Assembly (NCBI GenBank): GCA_964459155.1
Contig: CAYWKF010000044.1
Span: 120,407-184,406 of the forward strand
Length of the DNA stretch: 64,000 bases
Reading direction: 5' to 3'
DNA from: an uncultured Desulfobacterales bacterium
GTDB lineage: Bacteria; Desulfobacterota; Dissulfuribacteria; Dissulfuribacterales; JALVPX01
Shown: positions 16,620 to 25,824 of the stretch, in pieces
How the letters are laid out: every line of letters begins with the position of its first letter
How positions within the stretch are numbered: the stretch's first letter is position 1
The notes under the pieces: model-generated
Seen by the model: the letters and a program-made list of their open reading frames with translations, nothing else
Told to the model about the DNA's origin: nothing
The model's database searches: none
Made by a program: the position numbers and the translations under genes

Positions 16620-17921
16620 TTATTTTCTTCTCACTTCCACTGATCTTGAATGGGCCAAAAGGCCTTCCACTTCTGCCAAAAGCATTACGTCTACTGAATC
16701 CTGGTCAAAGGCAAGCTTGGAATAACTCAAAATGGAGGTACGTTTCAAAAACGTATCCACCCCTAAAGCGGAAGAAAAGCGGGCCGTACCCATGGTGGGC
16801 AAAACATGGTTTGGGCCTGCTATATAGTCCCCTATTGGCTCAGGAGTATAGTTTCCAAGAAAGAGTGCGCCTGCGTGCTTTATCATAGGCATAATCTGCC
16901 AAGGCTCCTTGACCATTAGCTCCAGATGCTCCGGCCCCAGACGATTTGCAATTTTTACAGCCGATTCGAGACCGTCCACCACCATCAACAGGCCATTTTC
17001 TTTCAACGACTTTTCAGCTACTTCAGCCCTGCTGAGTCCAACAAGTTGGTGCTCGAGTTCTCTTCTAACGCCCTTTGCCAAATCCTCAGAGGTGGTAAGC
17101 AATATGCTGGTGGCCATGGTATCATGCTCTGCTTGGGAAAGGAGATCCGCTGCCACAAACTCTGGTTTGGCTGAATCGTCTGCTATCACAAGAATTTCAC
17201 TTGGACCGGCTACCATATCAATACCTACCCTTCCGGCCACCAACTTTTTAGCTACGGTGACGAATATGTTACCTGGCCCAACTATTACGTCCACGGGTCT
17301 TATTGTGTCTGTACCAAAGGCTAGGGCGGCTATGGCCCAGGCGCTGCCGACTTTGTATATCTCGGTAACGCCCACTTCATTGGCAGCGACCAAAAGGTGC
17401 GGGCTTGCGCTGCAATCCTCTAAAGGCGGGGTAACCAGCACAATCCTTTCTACACCAGCAATCTTTGCGGGAATTCCATTCATTAAAACCGATGAAACCA
17501 AAGGTGTCTTGCCACCCTGCCCGCCAGGAACATAAAGACCTGCACCATCAACAGGCGTGACACGCTGTCCCAGGATTGAACCGTCGTCTCTGGTCATGAA
17601 CCATGACTTGGGCAGCTGCAACTTGTGAAATTCTTCAATATTGGCCTTGGCCTTGCCCAGTGCCTTTAAAAAATCTTGCGACACGACTTCGTAGGCCTTT
17701 TCAATTTCCCATTCTTGCACCTTGAGATTCTCAAGCGTGAACCCGGGGGAATCGAATCGACGAGTATATTCTACCAGAGCCTTGTCGCCCTCGATTACCA
17801 CCCTTTGGAGTATGGCTTTTACCCTGTTTTCCAACTCCTGATCTATTTCAAAACGTCGATCAAAAATTTGGCCAAGGCGCTTTTCACCTTCTTCTGTGGC
17901 TGAATAGTATATGGGTATCAC
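16620..17921 (-). CDS. hisD: Histidinol dehydrogenase
   Basis: 433 aa. Full-length resemblance to HisD (PGGQGGKTPLVSSVLMNGIPAKIAGV, SQAEHD, GDYIAGPNHVLPT). Confidence 0.95.
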   Translation of the reverse strand: MIPIYYSATEEGEKRLGQIFDRRFEIDQELENRVKAILQRVVIEGDKALVEYTRRFDSPGFTLENLKVQEWEIEKAYEVVSQDFLKALGKAKANIEEFHKLQLPKSWFMTRDDGSILGQRVTPVDGAGLYVPGGQGGKTPLVSSVLMNGIPAKIAGVERIVLVTPPLEDCSASPHLLVAANEVGVTEIYKVGSAWAIAALAFGTDTIRPVDVIVGPGNIFVTVAKKLVAGRVGIDMVAGPSEILVIADDSAKPEFVAADLLSQAEHDTMATSILLTTSEDLAKGVRRELEHQLVGLSRAEVAEKSLKENGLLMVVDGLESAVKIANRLGPEHLELMVKEPWQIMPMIKHAGALFLGNYTPEPIGDYIAGPNHVLPTMGTARFSSALGVDTFLKRTSILSYSKLAFDQDSVDVMLLAEVEGLLAHSRSVEVRRK

Positions 17922-19402
17922 TCGTAAAGCTCCGGGACCTTTTTAAGCCTGGCCACTACCCGTTTCTGTCCTATGGCCACTAATACATCGAACAGGCCAG
18001 GGCCCACGGACTGGCCAGTGACAGCCGTGCGAACCCCGTTGATGATGAGACCAGGTTTCACCCCCCTTTTCTCACAAAAAGCGCGCACAGCATCTTCTGT
18101 TGACTCCAAAGTCCACTCACCAAGGACCTCCAACTCGACCGCCAAATCCGGCAACAATTCCTTTAACTCCTCATGTTTCAAGATATTTTTCTTTAGTGCC
18201 TTGTCATCGTAAGGGTATTCGTCTGAAAAATAGGCCCGTCCAAGCTGGCTGAAGTCCTTGATGGTGTGATAACGACTCCTGATGAGATCAAGCGTGGCAA
18301 GAAACCACTCCTTTTTTTCGTCCTCATATGCTGGATCCCAAAGACCTTCCTTTTCAAACTCCACCTTGACATAATCGGCTATCTCTTCTATGGGAAGTGA
18401 GCGCAGGTAGTGCGCATTTATGGACAAGGCCTTTGGATCAGTAATGAATTTGGGGCTGTCTGGCGGATAGAAAAAAATCGAATTTGCCCTGCTTATTCCC
18501 TCCAAGGAAAAGGCCTCAATCAACTCTTCCTTTGTAAATATTTCCCTGTCGTCAGAAGTATGCCAACCAAGCAGCACAAGAAAATTTACCAGGGCCCAAG
18601 GCAAGAAACCATGTTCTCTATAAAATTGCACGGCTACTACTTCGCCATGGGTACGCTTTGATATTTTCCGCTTTTTCCTATCCAAAGTCAAAGGCATGTG
18701 GGCAAAGACTGGCAATGATGCTCCCAAGGCGTTGTATATCAATATCTGTCTAGGAGTGTTTGCCAACCCATCCTGACCCCTTATGACGTGGGTGATGCGG
18801 TCACGGATGTCATCCACAGCATTGCATAAAAGATAGAGGGGCGCACCATTGGAGCGCACGATGACAAAATCTTCTATATCTGATAGTTTCTTTTCTATCC
18901 TTCCATATACAGCATCTTCAAAGGCTAGAGTGCCTTCTTCTGGCACCTTGAACCTGATTACATAAGGAATACCTTGCGCCTCTTTTTCCGCAATTTCCTC
19001 CGAACTCATATTCCGACACTTGCGATCATACTTAAATGCCCTTTTGGCCTTCTTTGCCTCTTCCCGCTTCGCATCAAGCTCTTCCTTGGTGCAGAAACAC
19101 TTATAGGCATATCCATCTCTTAACAATCTTCTGGCTGCTGCCTTATGATCTTCTGAAAATTGAGACTGGTAGTAAGGCCCTTCATCCCAGTCCAGACCAA
19201 GCCATTCCAGGCCTTCCAGAATGCCTTTTATAGATTCTTCTGTGGACCGCTCAACATCCGTATCTTCTATTCGCAATATGAAGGTTCCGTTGTGTTTTTT
19301 GGCGAACAGCCAATTAAAAATGGCGGTTCTAGCACCGCCAATATGCAGATATCCAGTTGGGCTTGGGGCAAAACGCACCCTTACCTCCTTTTTTTCACTC
19401 AT
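17918..19402 (-). CDS. gltX: Glutamate--tRNA ligase
   Basis: 494 aa. RFAPSPTGYLHIGGARTA (HIGH) and KISKR (KMSKS-type) motifs. 4-nt overlap with hisD. Confidence 0.95.
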   Translation of the reverse strand: MSEKKEVRVRFAPSPTGYLHIGGARTAIFNWLFAKKHNGTFILRIEDTDVERSTEESIKGILEGLEWLGLDWDEGPYYQSQFSEDHKAAARRLLRDGYAYKCFCTKEELDAKREEAKKAKRAFKYDRKCRNMSSEEIAEKEAQGIPYVIRFKVPEEGTLAFEDAVYGRIEKKLSDIEDFVIVRSNGAPLYLLCNAVDDIRDRITHVIRGQDGLANTPRQILIYNALGASLPVFAHMPLTLDRKKRKISKRTHGEVVAVQFYREHGFLPWALVNFLVLLGWHTSDDREIFTKEELIEAFSLEGISRANSIFFYPPDSPKFITDPKALSINAHYLRSLPIEEIADYVKVEFEKEGLWDPAYEDEKKEWFLATLDLIRSRYHTIKDFSQLGRAYFSDEYPYDDKALKKNILKHEELKELLPDLAVELEVLGEWTLESTEDAVRAFCEKRGVKPGLIINGVRTAVTGQSVGPGLFDVLVAIGQKRVVARLKKVPELYE

Positions 19403-19422
19403 TTATCTCTCCAGTGTCCACA

Positions 19423-20526
19423 CTAATTTTTTCTCTTTCCCTCAATAAACTCAGAGACCATTCTATAGGCCTCATCGTCTGTATATTGCTTGGGCGGGTG
19501 CTTCATCAAATAGGCAGAAGTCGAATATATAGGGCCGCCATGCCCCCTATCCAGGGCAAGCTTGCAGCATCTTATAGCATCTATGGCAACACCCGCTGAG
19601 TTGGGCGAATCCTCCACCGACAGGCGAAGCTCCAGATTCATGGCCACGTCGCCAAAAAGTTTTCCTTCCATCCTTATGAAGCAGATCTTATTGTCGTTTT
19701 GCCAGGGCACATAATCGCTTGGTCCAACATGGATGTTTTCATCCTCCAGCCTCTTTGCAGCCACGGCCTGAACCGCTTCGGTTTTGGAGACCTTTTTAGA
19801 GGCAAGCCTGGCACGGTTGAGCATATTCAGAAAGTCGGTATTTCCTCCGGTATTCAGCTGATAGGTCCGCTCCAATTTTACACCCCTTTTTCTGAACAAA
19901 TCCGTTAAGGTACGGTGGGTTATGGTGGCACCCAGCTGGGCTTTAATGTCATCGCCAACAATGGGGACGCCCTTTTGCCTGAATTTTTCTGCCCATTTAT
20001 CGTCACTGGCAATAAATACTGGAATACAGTTGATGAATCCTATCCCCGCATCCAAGGCGCACTGGGCATAAAAACGGGCACCTTGTTCCGAACCAACGGG
20101 AAGGTAGTTTAACAATATCTCTGCACCGGATCTCTGAAGTTCTTTTACAACATCTTCTTTTGAAGGATCTGGCTCGTCAGAGAGTACAAAAGTACGGTGC
20201 TCTGGATAGTTTTTCATATGTTCAGAAAAGCCATCTAACACCGGCCCCTTTTTCACCAAAACACCAGATTCAGGCAAGTCATTACAAAAAACCGTGGTAC
20301 AATTTGGTTCTGCAAAAATGGCCTTGTTAACATCTTGGCCTACCTTTCGTTTGTCAATGTCAAAGGCCGCAACCACTTCAATGTCGTATGGGTGATATCC
20401 TCCAAGATTCCAATGCATCAATCCAATGGCCTCATCCCCATGGCCCTCTTTGTAAAAATGAAGTCCTTGTATCAATGAACTAGCGCAATTCCCCACACCG
20501 GCGATCGCAATCCGGATTTTTCCCAT
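19423..20526 (-). CDS. ino1: Inositol-3-phosphate (myo-inositol-1-phosphate) synthase, bacterial/archaeal type
   Basis: 367 aa. N-terminal Rossmann motif KIRIAIAGVGNCASSLIQG and overall MIPS-like sequence. Confidence 0.85.
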   Translation of the reverse strand: MGKIRIAIAGVGNCASSLIQGLHFYKEGHGDEAIGLMHWNLGGYHPYDIEVVAAFDIDKRKVGQDVNKAIFAEPNCTTVFCNDLPESGVLVKKGPVLDGFSEHMKNYPEHRTFVLSDEPDPSKEDVVKELQRSGAEILLNYLPVGSEQGARFYAQCALDAGIGFINCIPVFIASDDKWAEKFRQKGVPIVGDDIKAQLGATITHRTLTDLFRKRGVKLERTYQLNTGGNTDFLNMLNRARLASKKVSKTEAVQAVAAKRLEDENIHVGPSDYVPWQNDNKICFIRMEGKLFGDVAMNLELRLSVEDSPNSAGVAIDAIRCCKLALDRGHGGPIYSTSAYLMKHPPKQYTDDEAYRMVSEFIEGKRKN

Positions 20527-20749
20527 ATATCGAACCTCCTCGGTGCCCTAAATCAGGCCTTGGCCAAACCAATTAGCTGCTCTCTCGGAACCACCTGATT
20601 TTTCGGGTGAGATCATATTGAATTTTCAAGACTACAGGCCCCCTCGCAGAGCCGCCTAACTTTGTAACATTTATAGAAGTTTTGCAACCCTTTTGGTAAA
20701 TTAATAGAACGCTTTTTGCCTATTTTTCTCGAAGATTGGAACCGGGTAA

Positions 20750-21898
20750 ATGGTGAATACAACAATCAAAAATGGTTACGTTTCTTTAAAGTGCGCAAAA
20801 ATGAACGATAATTCAGCCAATTGGAAAAGCTGGCAATGGCAAATTGCCAATTCTGTGCATACCATCGATGGGCTGAACCGTTTTCTTTTTTCAAGACAAG
20901 ACTGGCCGAATCACATTGGCCAAGTGGAAAAAATTTATCCACTCAGGATTACACCCTATTACCTTTCTTTGATAAATCCTAATGATCCTCGAGACCCAAT
21001 AGCACTTCAATGCATTCCAGACGAACGCGAGCTGTTAAATTCGGGATTGGGTGATGTCAGCGAAGATCCTTTGAACGAAAACAAATATATGGTTGCGCCA
21101 GGATTGATTCATCGCTATCCAGACCGTGTGCTCTTACTCGCATCCCATGAATGCGCAGTACGCTGCAGGCACTGTAACCGTAAACGGACATGGAAAAGGC
21201 CCGAAGCCGTTGGAGGAAAAAAATATATTCGGGCTGTCTGCGATTATCTTGAACGAAATCCCCGCATACGAGAGGTTATTCTTTCAGGGGGTGATCCTCT
21301 AATGCTTCCTCTGGAGCACTTAGAAGAGATCCTTTGGTCTATCAAGAAAATTCCCGGTATTGAAGTAATTAGAATAGGCACCCGAGTGCCTGTTACCCTT
21401 CCCATGCGGATCACCAAAGACTTGGCAGACCTTTTGAAACAATACCGTCCCCTTTGGTTGAATACCCATTTCAACCATCCGGCAGAAATAACTGCATGGG
21501 CAAAAGAGGCCTGTGAGAAACTCCTGTTTGCAGGAATTCCTGTATCAAATCAGACTGTACTACTGAAGGATGTGAATGACGATGCCGAAATTCTGAGGGT
21601 ACTTTTTACCAGCCTCCAGACTATGATGGTAAGACCCTACTATCTGTTCCATTGCGACAAGGTCACAGGAACCGATCACTTCAGAACATCAATTGCCAAA
21701 GGCATAAAAATAATGGAGCAACTGTGGTGCACAATAGGCGGATTGTGCCTTCCTAAATACGTTGTTGATTTGCCTGGTGGAGGTGGCAAGGCTCCTGTTA
21801 CACCATCGTATCTGCTGGATATCGACGAGAAGGAGGCCATATTTCGCACCTTTGAAGGAAAAATAGTGCGTTACCTCTCCCCCAGTGGCTCAGATTGA
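20750..21898 (+). CDS. KamA-family radical SAM protein (lysine 2,3-aminomutase-like)
   Basis: 382 aa. Radical-SAM cluster motif CAVRCRHCNRKR, plus HRYPDRVLLL, SGGDPL and VDLPGGGGK, all typical of KamA/EpmB. The true start may be Met18 at 20801. Confidence 0.85.
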   Translation: MVNTTIKNGYVSLKCAKMNDNSANWKSWQWQIANSVHTIDGLNRFLFSRQDWPNHIGQVEKIYPLRITPYYLSLINPNDPRDPIALQCIPDERELLNSGLGDVSEDPLNENKYMVAPGLIHRYPDRVLLLASHECAVRCRHCNRKRTWKRPEAVGGKKYIRAVCDYLERNPRIREVILSGGDPLMLPLEHLEEILWSIKKIPGIEVIRIGTRVPVTLPMRITKDLADLLKQYRPLWLNTHFNHPAEITAWAKEACEKLLFAGIPVSNQTVLLKDVNDDAEILRVLFTSLQTMMVRPYYLFHCDKVTGTDHFRTSIAKGIKIMEQLWCTIGGLCLPKYVVDLPGGGGKAPVTPSYLLDIDEKEAIFRTFEGKIVRYLSPSGSD

Positions 21899-22001
21899 CA
21901 TTGCATCTGATGGGCATTATTAAAATATTAATAAAAAAATTTTAGTGGACTGTTGCTCTTTCAACTCATGGTCAAGCACCCGGATCAACAAAGGATCTGT
22001 T

Positions 22002-23225
22002 ATGGAACTGCACAAGGCCAAGGAAATCGTTACTAAACTGTTTGGTGAGGAACCTGCATATCCATGCAAGATTAGATTTTGGGATAACTCTGAGTTGAGC
22101 TTTGGCAACGGTGAACCTGTTTTCGTCCTTTACTTTACCAATCCTGCTGGCTTCACCGCAGCCATTACTGATCCATCCCTTGGCTTTGGGGAGTCATACA
22201 TGTCTGGCGATATCGAGGTTGAAGGGGACCTGGAAAAACTGATTGCACTTAGCTATATCCATGATTTTCCATCAAAGCTATCCACAAAAGACAAAGCCAG
22301 GCTTTGCTGGTGGAACTTCAAAGACAGATATTCACTAAAACAGACACGTAAAGACATACAGGCCCATTACGATCGTGGAAACGAATTTTACAAATTGTGG
22401 CTAGATAGCGGCATGAATTATTCATGCGCCTATTTCAAACACCCAGATGATTCCCTGGAACAGGCCCAGCAAAACAAGATTGCCCACTCTCTCAATAAAC
22501 TCAGAATATCGCCGGGACATAGACTTTTGGACATTGGATGCGGTTGGGGAAATGTCATCATCCATGCTGCGAAACAATTTGGTGTGAAGGCTGTGGGTAT
22601 TACCCTTTCAGAAGAGCAGTATGAGCTTGCTAAAAAAAGGATCAAACAGGAAGGACTTGAAGACAAAGCCGAAGTCAGGCTTCAAGACTACAGGGAACTT
22701 GCAGAGACAGGGGAAAAATTCGACCGCATTATATCCATAGGAATGTTTGAGCATGTGGGAAGGGAAAACATACCCTTATTTTTCAAAAATGCGCACTCAT
22801 TGCTAAAAGACTCAGGGATAATGCTTCTTCATACGATCTGCCGGATGAAACCAGCGGAAACAGACCCATGGCTTACTACCTACATATTCCCTGGGGGCTA
22901 TATACCGGCAGTGGGGGAAATTACTTCAGCCGGATATGACGCACGCCTTCTCTTTTTGGATGCAGAAGATTTAAGGCCACATTACTATTTGACACTAGGC
23001 CATTGGCTGAAGCGTTTCGAAAAGAATTTGGACAAGATAAAGGAAATGATGGATAACCAGTTCATCAGGATGTGGCGTCTTTATCTTACTGGTTGTAGAG
23101 CATCATTCAGATATGGCCCCATGCATGTCATTCAATATCTCTATGCCAAGGGCCATGATATCCGAAAGTGGCCACTTACCAGAAGCTGGTTCTATTACTC
23201 CGGCACTAAAACCCCGACTCTATAA
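22002..23225 (+). CDS. cfa: Cyclopropane-fatty-acyl-phospholipid synthase family methyltransferase
   Basis: SAM-binding LLDIGCGWG, HYDRGNEFYKLWLDSGMNYSCAYF and IFPGGYIP motifs. I trimmed the track ORF (21945) to ATG 22002, which has an AAGGA RBS. Confidence 0.9.
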   Translation: MELHKAKEIVTKLFGEEPAYPCKIRFWDNSELSFGNGEPVFVLYFTNPAGFTAAITDPSLGFGESYMSGDIEVEGDLEKLIALSYIHDFPSKLSTKDKARLCWWNFKDRYSLKQTRKDIQAHYDRGNEFYKLWLDSGMNYSCAYFKHPDDSLEQAQQNKIAHSLNKLRISPGHRLLDIGCGWGNVIIHAAKQFGVKAVGITLSEEQYELAKKRIKQEGLEDKAEVRLQDYRELAETGEKFDRIISIGMFEHVGRENIPLFFKNAHSLLKDSGIMLLHTICRMKPAETDPWLTTYIFPGGYIPAVGEITSAGYDARLLFLDAEDLRPHYYLTLGHWLKRFEKNLDKIKEMMDNQFIRMWRLYLTGCRASFRYGPMHVIQYLYAKGHDIRKWPLTRSWFYYSGTKTPTL

Positions 23226-23244
23226 ACTAGTTTTTCTTTCTTTG

Positions 23245-23301
23245 ATAGTGGCAAGTTAATGACAAAAAGCATGATGGCTAGTTAGTTGCCTCAGTAATAA
23301 T
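23245..23301. repeat. 57-bp direct repeat, copy A1
   Basis: ATAGTGGCAAGTTAATGACAAAAAGCATGATGGCTAGTTAGTTGCCTCAGTAATAAT is ~82% identical by hand alignment to 23629-23685. Confidence 0.75.
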
Positions 23302-23384
23302 TTAATTTTCTCCTTTTCCAAAATTTAAGGGATTTTTCCCTCAGAGCTTTAGAGTTCTTCTCGTGCGGTTTCTGGGAATGCTGT

Positions 23385-23412
23385 TTGAAAGATAGGCATA
23401 ATATCGAATAAT
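23385..23412 (+). promoter_or_regulatory. Sigma70-like promoter candidate for the structured RNA
   Basis: TTGAAA (23385-23390), 16-nt spacer, AATAAT (23407-23412). The predicted start falls about 7 nt downstream, at the base of the long hairpin. Confidence 0.4.
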
Positions 23413-23414
23413 TG

Positions 23415-23613
23415 GGCAGCGAGCTTGCATTTTTTGCCCGTAGCGACTGTGAGCAATTTCTTGCAGATTCTAGGCAAAGCGTAGCGGCCGGAAGTTGTGC
23501 TGTTTGAGCCTGCCGCAGGCAGGCGAGTTGTGCAACTTCCAGCGAAGCGAGCCTTAGAAGATGCAGAAATGCAAGGTGGAGCCGAAGGGCAAAAAAATGC
23601 AAGGTAAGCTGCC
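23415..23613 (+). ncRNA. Candidate ~200-nt rod-shaped structured RNA (6S-RNA-like architecture); strand tentative
   Basis: Nested imperfect inverted repeat in a gene-free gap between convergent cfa and rtcB. Stems: 23415-20/23608-13 (6 bp), 23425-39/23587-602 (15 bp), 23453-64/23563-72 (10 bp), 23468-75/23551-59 (8 bp), 23490-500/23530-40 (11 bp), 23508-13/23519-24 (6 bp, 5-nt loop). Large internal loops of 13x14, 14x10 and 7x7 nt. U-rich CCTTTTAATT follows. Confidence 0.45.
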
Positions 23614-23628
23614 ATACCTTTTAATTAA

Positions 23629-23685
23629 ATAGTAGCAAGTTAATGGCAAAAAGTAGGTCGGCTATTTAGTTGCCCCAATAATATA
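23629..23685. repeat. 57-bp direct repeat, copy A2
   Basis: ATAGTAGCAAGTTAATGGCAAAAAGTAGGTCGGCTATTTAGTTGCCCCAATAATAT; see copy A1. Confidence 0.75.
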
Positions 23686-23714
23686 CAAAATATCTACAAA
23701 TCTTGTAGCTAAAC

Positions 23715-25145
23715 TTACCCTTTTATGCAACCTAGTGGCCTTACCCTTGCCACCTTCCTTGCAAGCCCGGCCTCATGCGTTGCATTTACCACTTCTGTAA
23801 CATCTTTGTAGGCCTCTGGCGCCTCTTCCGCAGCCCCCCTGTAGCTGGCAGTCCTAATAACAATTCCCCTGTGAGCCAAATCAGCAATAATTTTACTGCC
23901 CTTCCATCTTTTAATAGCAGCCCTGCGGCTCATGGCCCGGCCTGCACCGTGACACGCCGAACCCCACGCGAGGGCCTCTCCTTGCTCGGAACCCACTAAG
24001 ATATAGGAACAAGTACCCATGGTGCCTCCAATAAGTACAGGCTGGCCCACTTTCTGCAAAGCCTTGGGAAGCTCTGGCCTTCCTGGCCCAAAGGCCCTGG
24101 TTGCTCCCTTTCGGTGGACGTACAATCTTTTTTTGACCCCATTTATCTCGTGCTCTTCAATTTTGCATGTGTTGTGACTGACATCGTAAAGGGTTTTCAA
24201 TTGAGCCTCTGGAAAGATTTCAGCGAACACCTGACGCACCAGGTGAGCGATTACCTGCCTGTTTGCCAATGCGCAATTGACACCGCACGCCATGGCTTTG
24301 AAATAACGTTCTCCTTCAGGAGACCTTATGGGCGCACAAACGAGTTCCCTTTCCCGAATCGGAATATTGTATTTCTTTGCGGCCTTGGCCAGTTCCTGTA
24401 TATAATCCGTGCCGATTTGATGCCCTAAAGCCCTTGATCCACAATGAATGGCAACAATAATATCATTTTCCTGAAGGCCCATGGCGGCAGCTATTTCTGG
24501 CTCATAGATGGTTTCAATGTACTGAATCTCCAAATAATGGTTGCCTGAGCCAAGCGTGCCCACCTGGCGGTACTGACGCTTTTTGGCCTTGTCTGAAACA
24601 TATTTCGGATCTGCCCCAGGCATTTTTCCGTTCTCTTCTATATGTTCAAGATCTTCCTGTGTTCCATAACCCAGAGATACCGCCCATTGGGCGCCGCCTA
24701 TAAGAACTTCGTCCAGCTTGTCTGGAGTGAGTCTTATCTTGCCTTCTGACCCAACTCCAGAGGGCACCCGGTAAAAAAGCGCATCCATCAGTGTTTCGAT
24801 TTTCGGCTGGACTTCTTCCCTGGTAAGACCTGTAAGCATGGTTCGGACACCGCATGAAATGTCATAACCCACTCCGCCTACGGATATGATACCTCCTTGG
24901 TCTGGATCAAAGGCCGCCACTCCCCCAATGGGAAATCCATATCCCCAATGGGCATCTGGCATGGCCATGGCAGCTTTGACTATGCCTGGAAGGCAGGCCA
25001 CATTTGTGATCTGTTCCCTGACTTTTTCATCCATATCATCAATCAAAGCTTGCGATGCAAAAAGATAGGCAGGAACACGCATATCGCCGCTTTGTGGTAT
25101 TTCCCACCAGCATTCGGTTTTTTTAACCAGACCCTTTGTATCCAT
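23715..25145 (-). CDS. rtcB: RNA 3'-phosphate/2',3'-cyclic-phosphate ligase RtcB
   Basis: 476 aa. PDAHWGYGFPIGGV, GYDISCGVR, GSGNHYLE, SHNT and CHGAGR motifs. Confidence 0.95.
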   Translation of the reverse strand: MDTKGLVKKTECWWEIPQSGDMRVPAYLFASQALIDDMDEKVREQITNVACLPGIVKAAMAMPDAHWGYGFPIGGVAAFDPDQGGIISVGGVGYDISCGVRTMLTGLTREEVQPKIETLMDALFYRVPSGVGSEGKIRLTPDKLDEVLIGGAQWAVSLGYGTQEDLEHIEENGKMPGADPKYVSDKAKKRQYRQVGTLGSGNHYLEIQYIETIYEPEIAAAMGLQENDIIVAIHCGSRALGHQIGTDYIQELAKAAKKYNIPIRERELVCAPIRSPEGERYFKAMACGVNCALANRQVIAHLVRQVFAEIFPEAQLKTLYDVSHNTCKIEEHEINGVKKRLYVHRKGATRAFGPGRPELPKALQKVGQPVLIGGTMGTCSYILVGSEQGEALAWGSACHGAGRAMSRRAAIKRWKGSKIIADLAHRGIVIRTASYRGAAEEAPEAYKDVTEVVNATHEAGLARKVARVRPLGCIKG

Positions 25146-25154
25146 AGGCGCCTC

Positions 25155-25604
25155 CTATACGTCAACCACACATTGGGCCATCCATTGGGAATCTTTCTTT
25201 TCCACCTTCGCCATGGTAAAAGTCGCACCCTTCACTTCTACACCTGGCTCATGGCGGGACATGTCAATCTTTTCCCCCTTGGCTTTCCCCTTTATGGACA
25301 GGTCTGCGATCGAGATCTCGAAATCACAAAACAACATTCTGTTTATATCTGCCTGGGCCAATAACTCGTTCAAAAATGCCACTAACAGGCTCTCATAATC
25401 CATCCCCTCGCATGCTATATCTACTGTTTTTTCAGGCCTTAACTGGTCAAAATCTACGATCATCAGAGAAAACATGGCCTTGGCAGCATTTGCAAAAGCC
25501 TCTTCAATTGTGGCGCCATATCCACGCACTCCTATGTCTGCGCCATGTTCAAAGGTTTCATAAACAAATCGCCCTACGGTCCTTCCCATCGCCTGCGCCC
25601 CCAT
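25155..25604 (-). CDS. Archease (RtcB activator)
   Basis: YETFEHGADIGVRGYGATIEEAFANAAKAMFSLM matches the archease N-terminus. Directly upstream of rtcB. The start may be ATG 25589 rather than 25604. Confidence 0.9.
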   Translation of the reverse strand: MGAQAMGRTVGRFVYETFEHGADIGVRGYGATIEEAFANAAKAMFSLMIVDFDQLRPEKTVDIACEGMDYESLLVAFLNELLAQADINRMLFCDFEISIADLSIKGKAKGEKIDMSRHEPGVEVKGATFTMAKVEKKDSQWMAQCVVDV

Positions 25605-25816
25605 TCAATCCAACCCCAAGTAGACAACGCAGTAAAGACCACAAAGAGAGCTGCCTGGGCATAGATGCCTTTGTATATGTCCACTGCTATCCACCCAATA
25701 TTGGCCACAGTGTAAACCGCAAAACCAGACCTCTTTTTTTTAATGTTAAGTACGGCACCAAGGATGCTCAAGGCAGTGAGGGACCAGGGCAGGATGGTAT
25801 TCAAAAAAAAGTCCAT
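25574..25816 (-). CDS. Small 3-TM membrane protein (80 aa); weak resemblance to a single repeat of PnuC-type transporters
   Basis: Three hydrophobic helices. C-terminal STWGWIEW resembles the PnuC aromatic motif. Tightly packed in the operon: 8 nt after the isochorismatase gene and overlapping the archease start. Confidence 0.55.
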   Translation of the reverse strand: MDFFLNTILPWSLTALSILGAVLNIKKKRSGFAVYTVANIGWIAVDIYKGIYAQAALFVVFTALSTWGWIEWGRRRWEGP

Positions 25817-25824
25817 AGGCTGGT

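Noticed and set aside
16909-17535. Long antisense 'shadow' ORFs inside real genes. Examples: 208 aa opposite hisD, 174 aa at 41253-41777 opposite the pilT paralogue, 146 aa at 61126-61566 opposite porD/porA, 170 aa at 25376-25888, 149 aa at 42548-42997, and 185 aa at 52268-52825.
   Set aside because: Each overlaps a gene with strong family motifs on the other strand. The shadow ORFs have biased Ser/Pro/Arg-rich or otherwise unconvincing composition, and I saw no RBS for the ones I checked.
23291-23615. Two overlapping minus-strand ORFs (103 aa and 88 aa) reported by the track in the cfa-rtcB gap.
   Set aside because: They are Leu/Ala/Arg-rich low-complexity translations with no RBS and no recognisable family. 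Both read straight through the long inverted repeat, so an RNA or DNA structure explains the sequence better.
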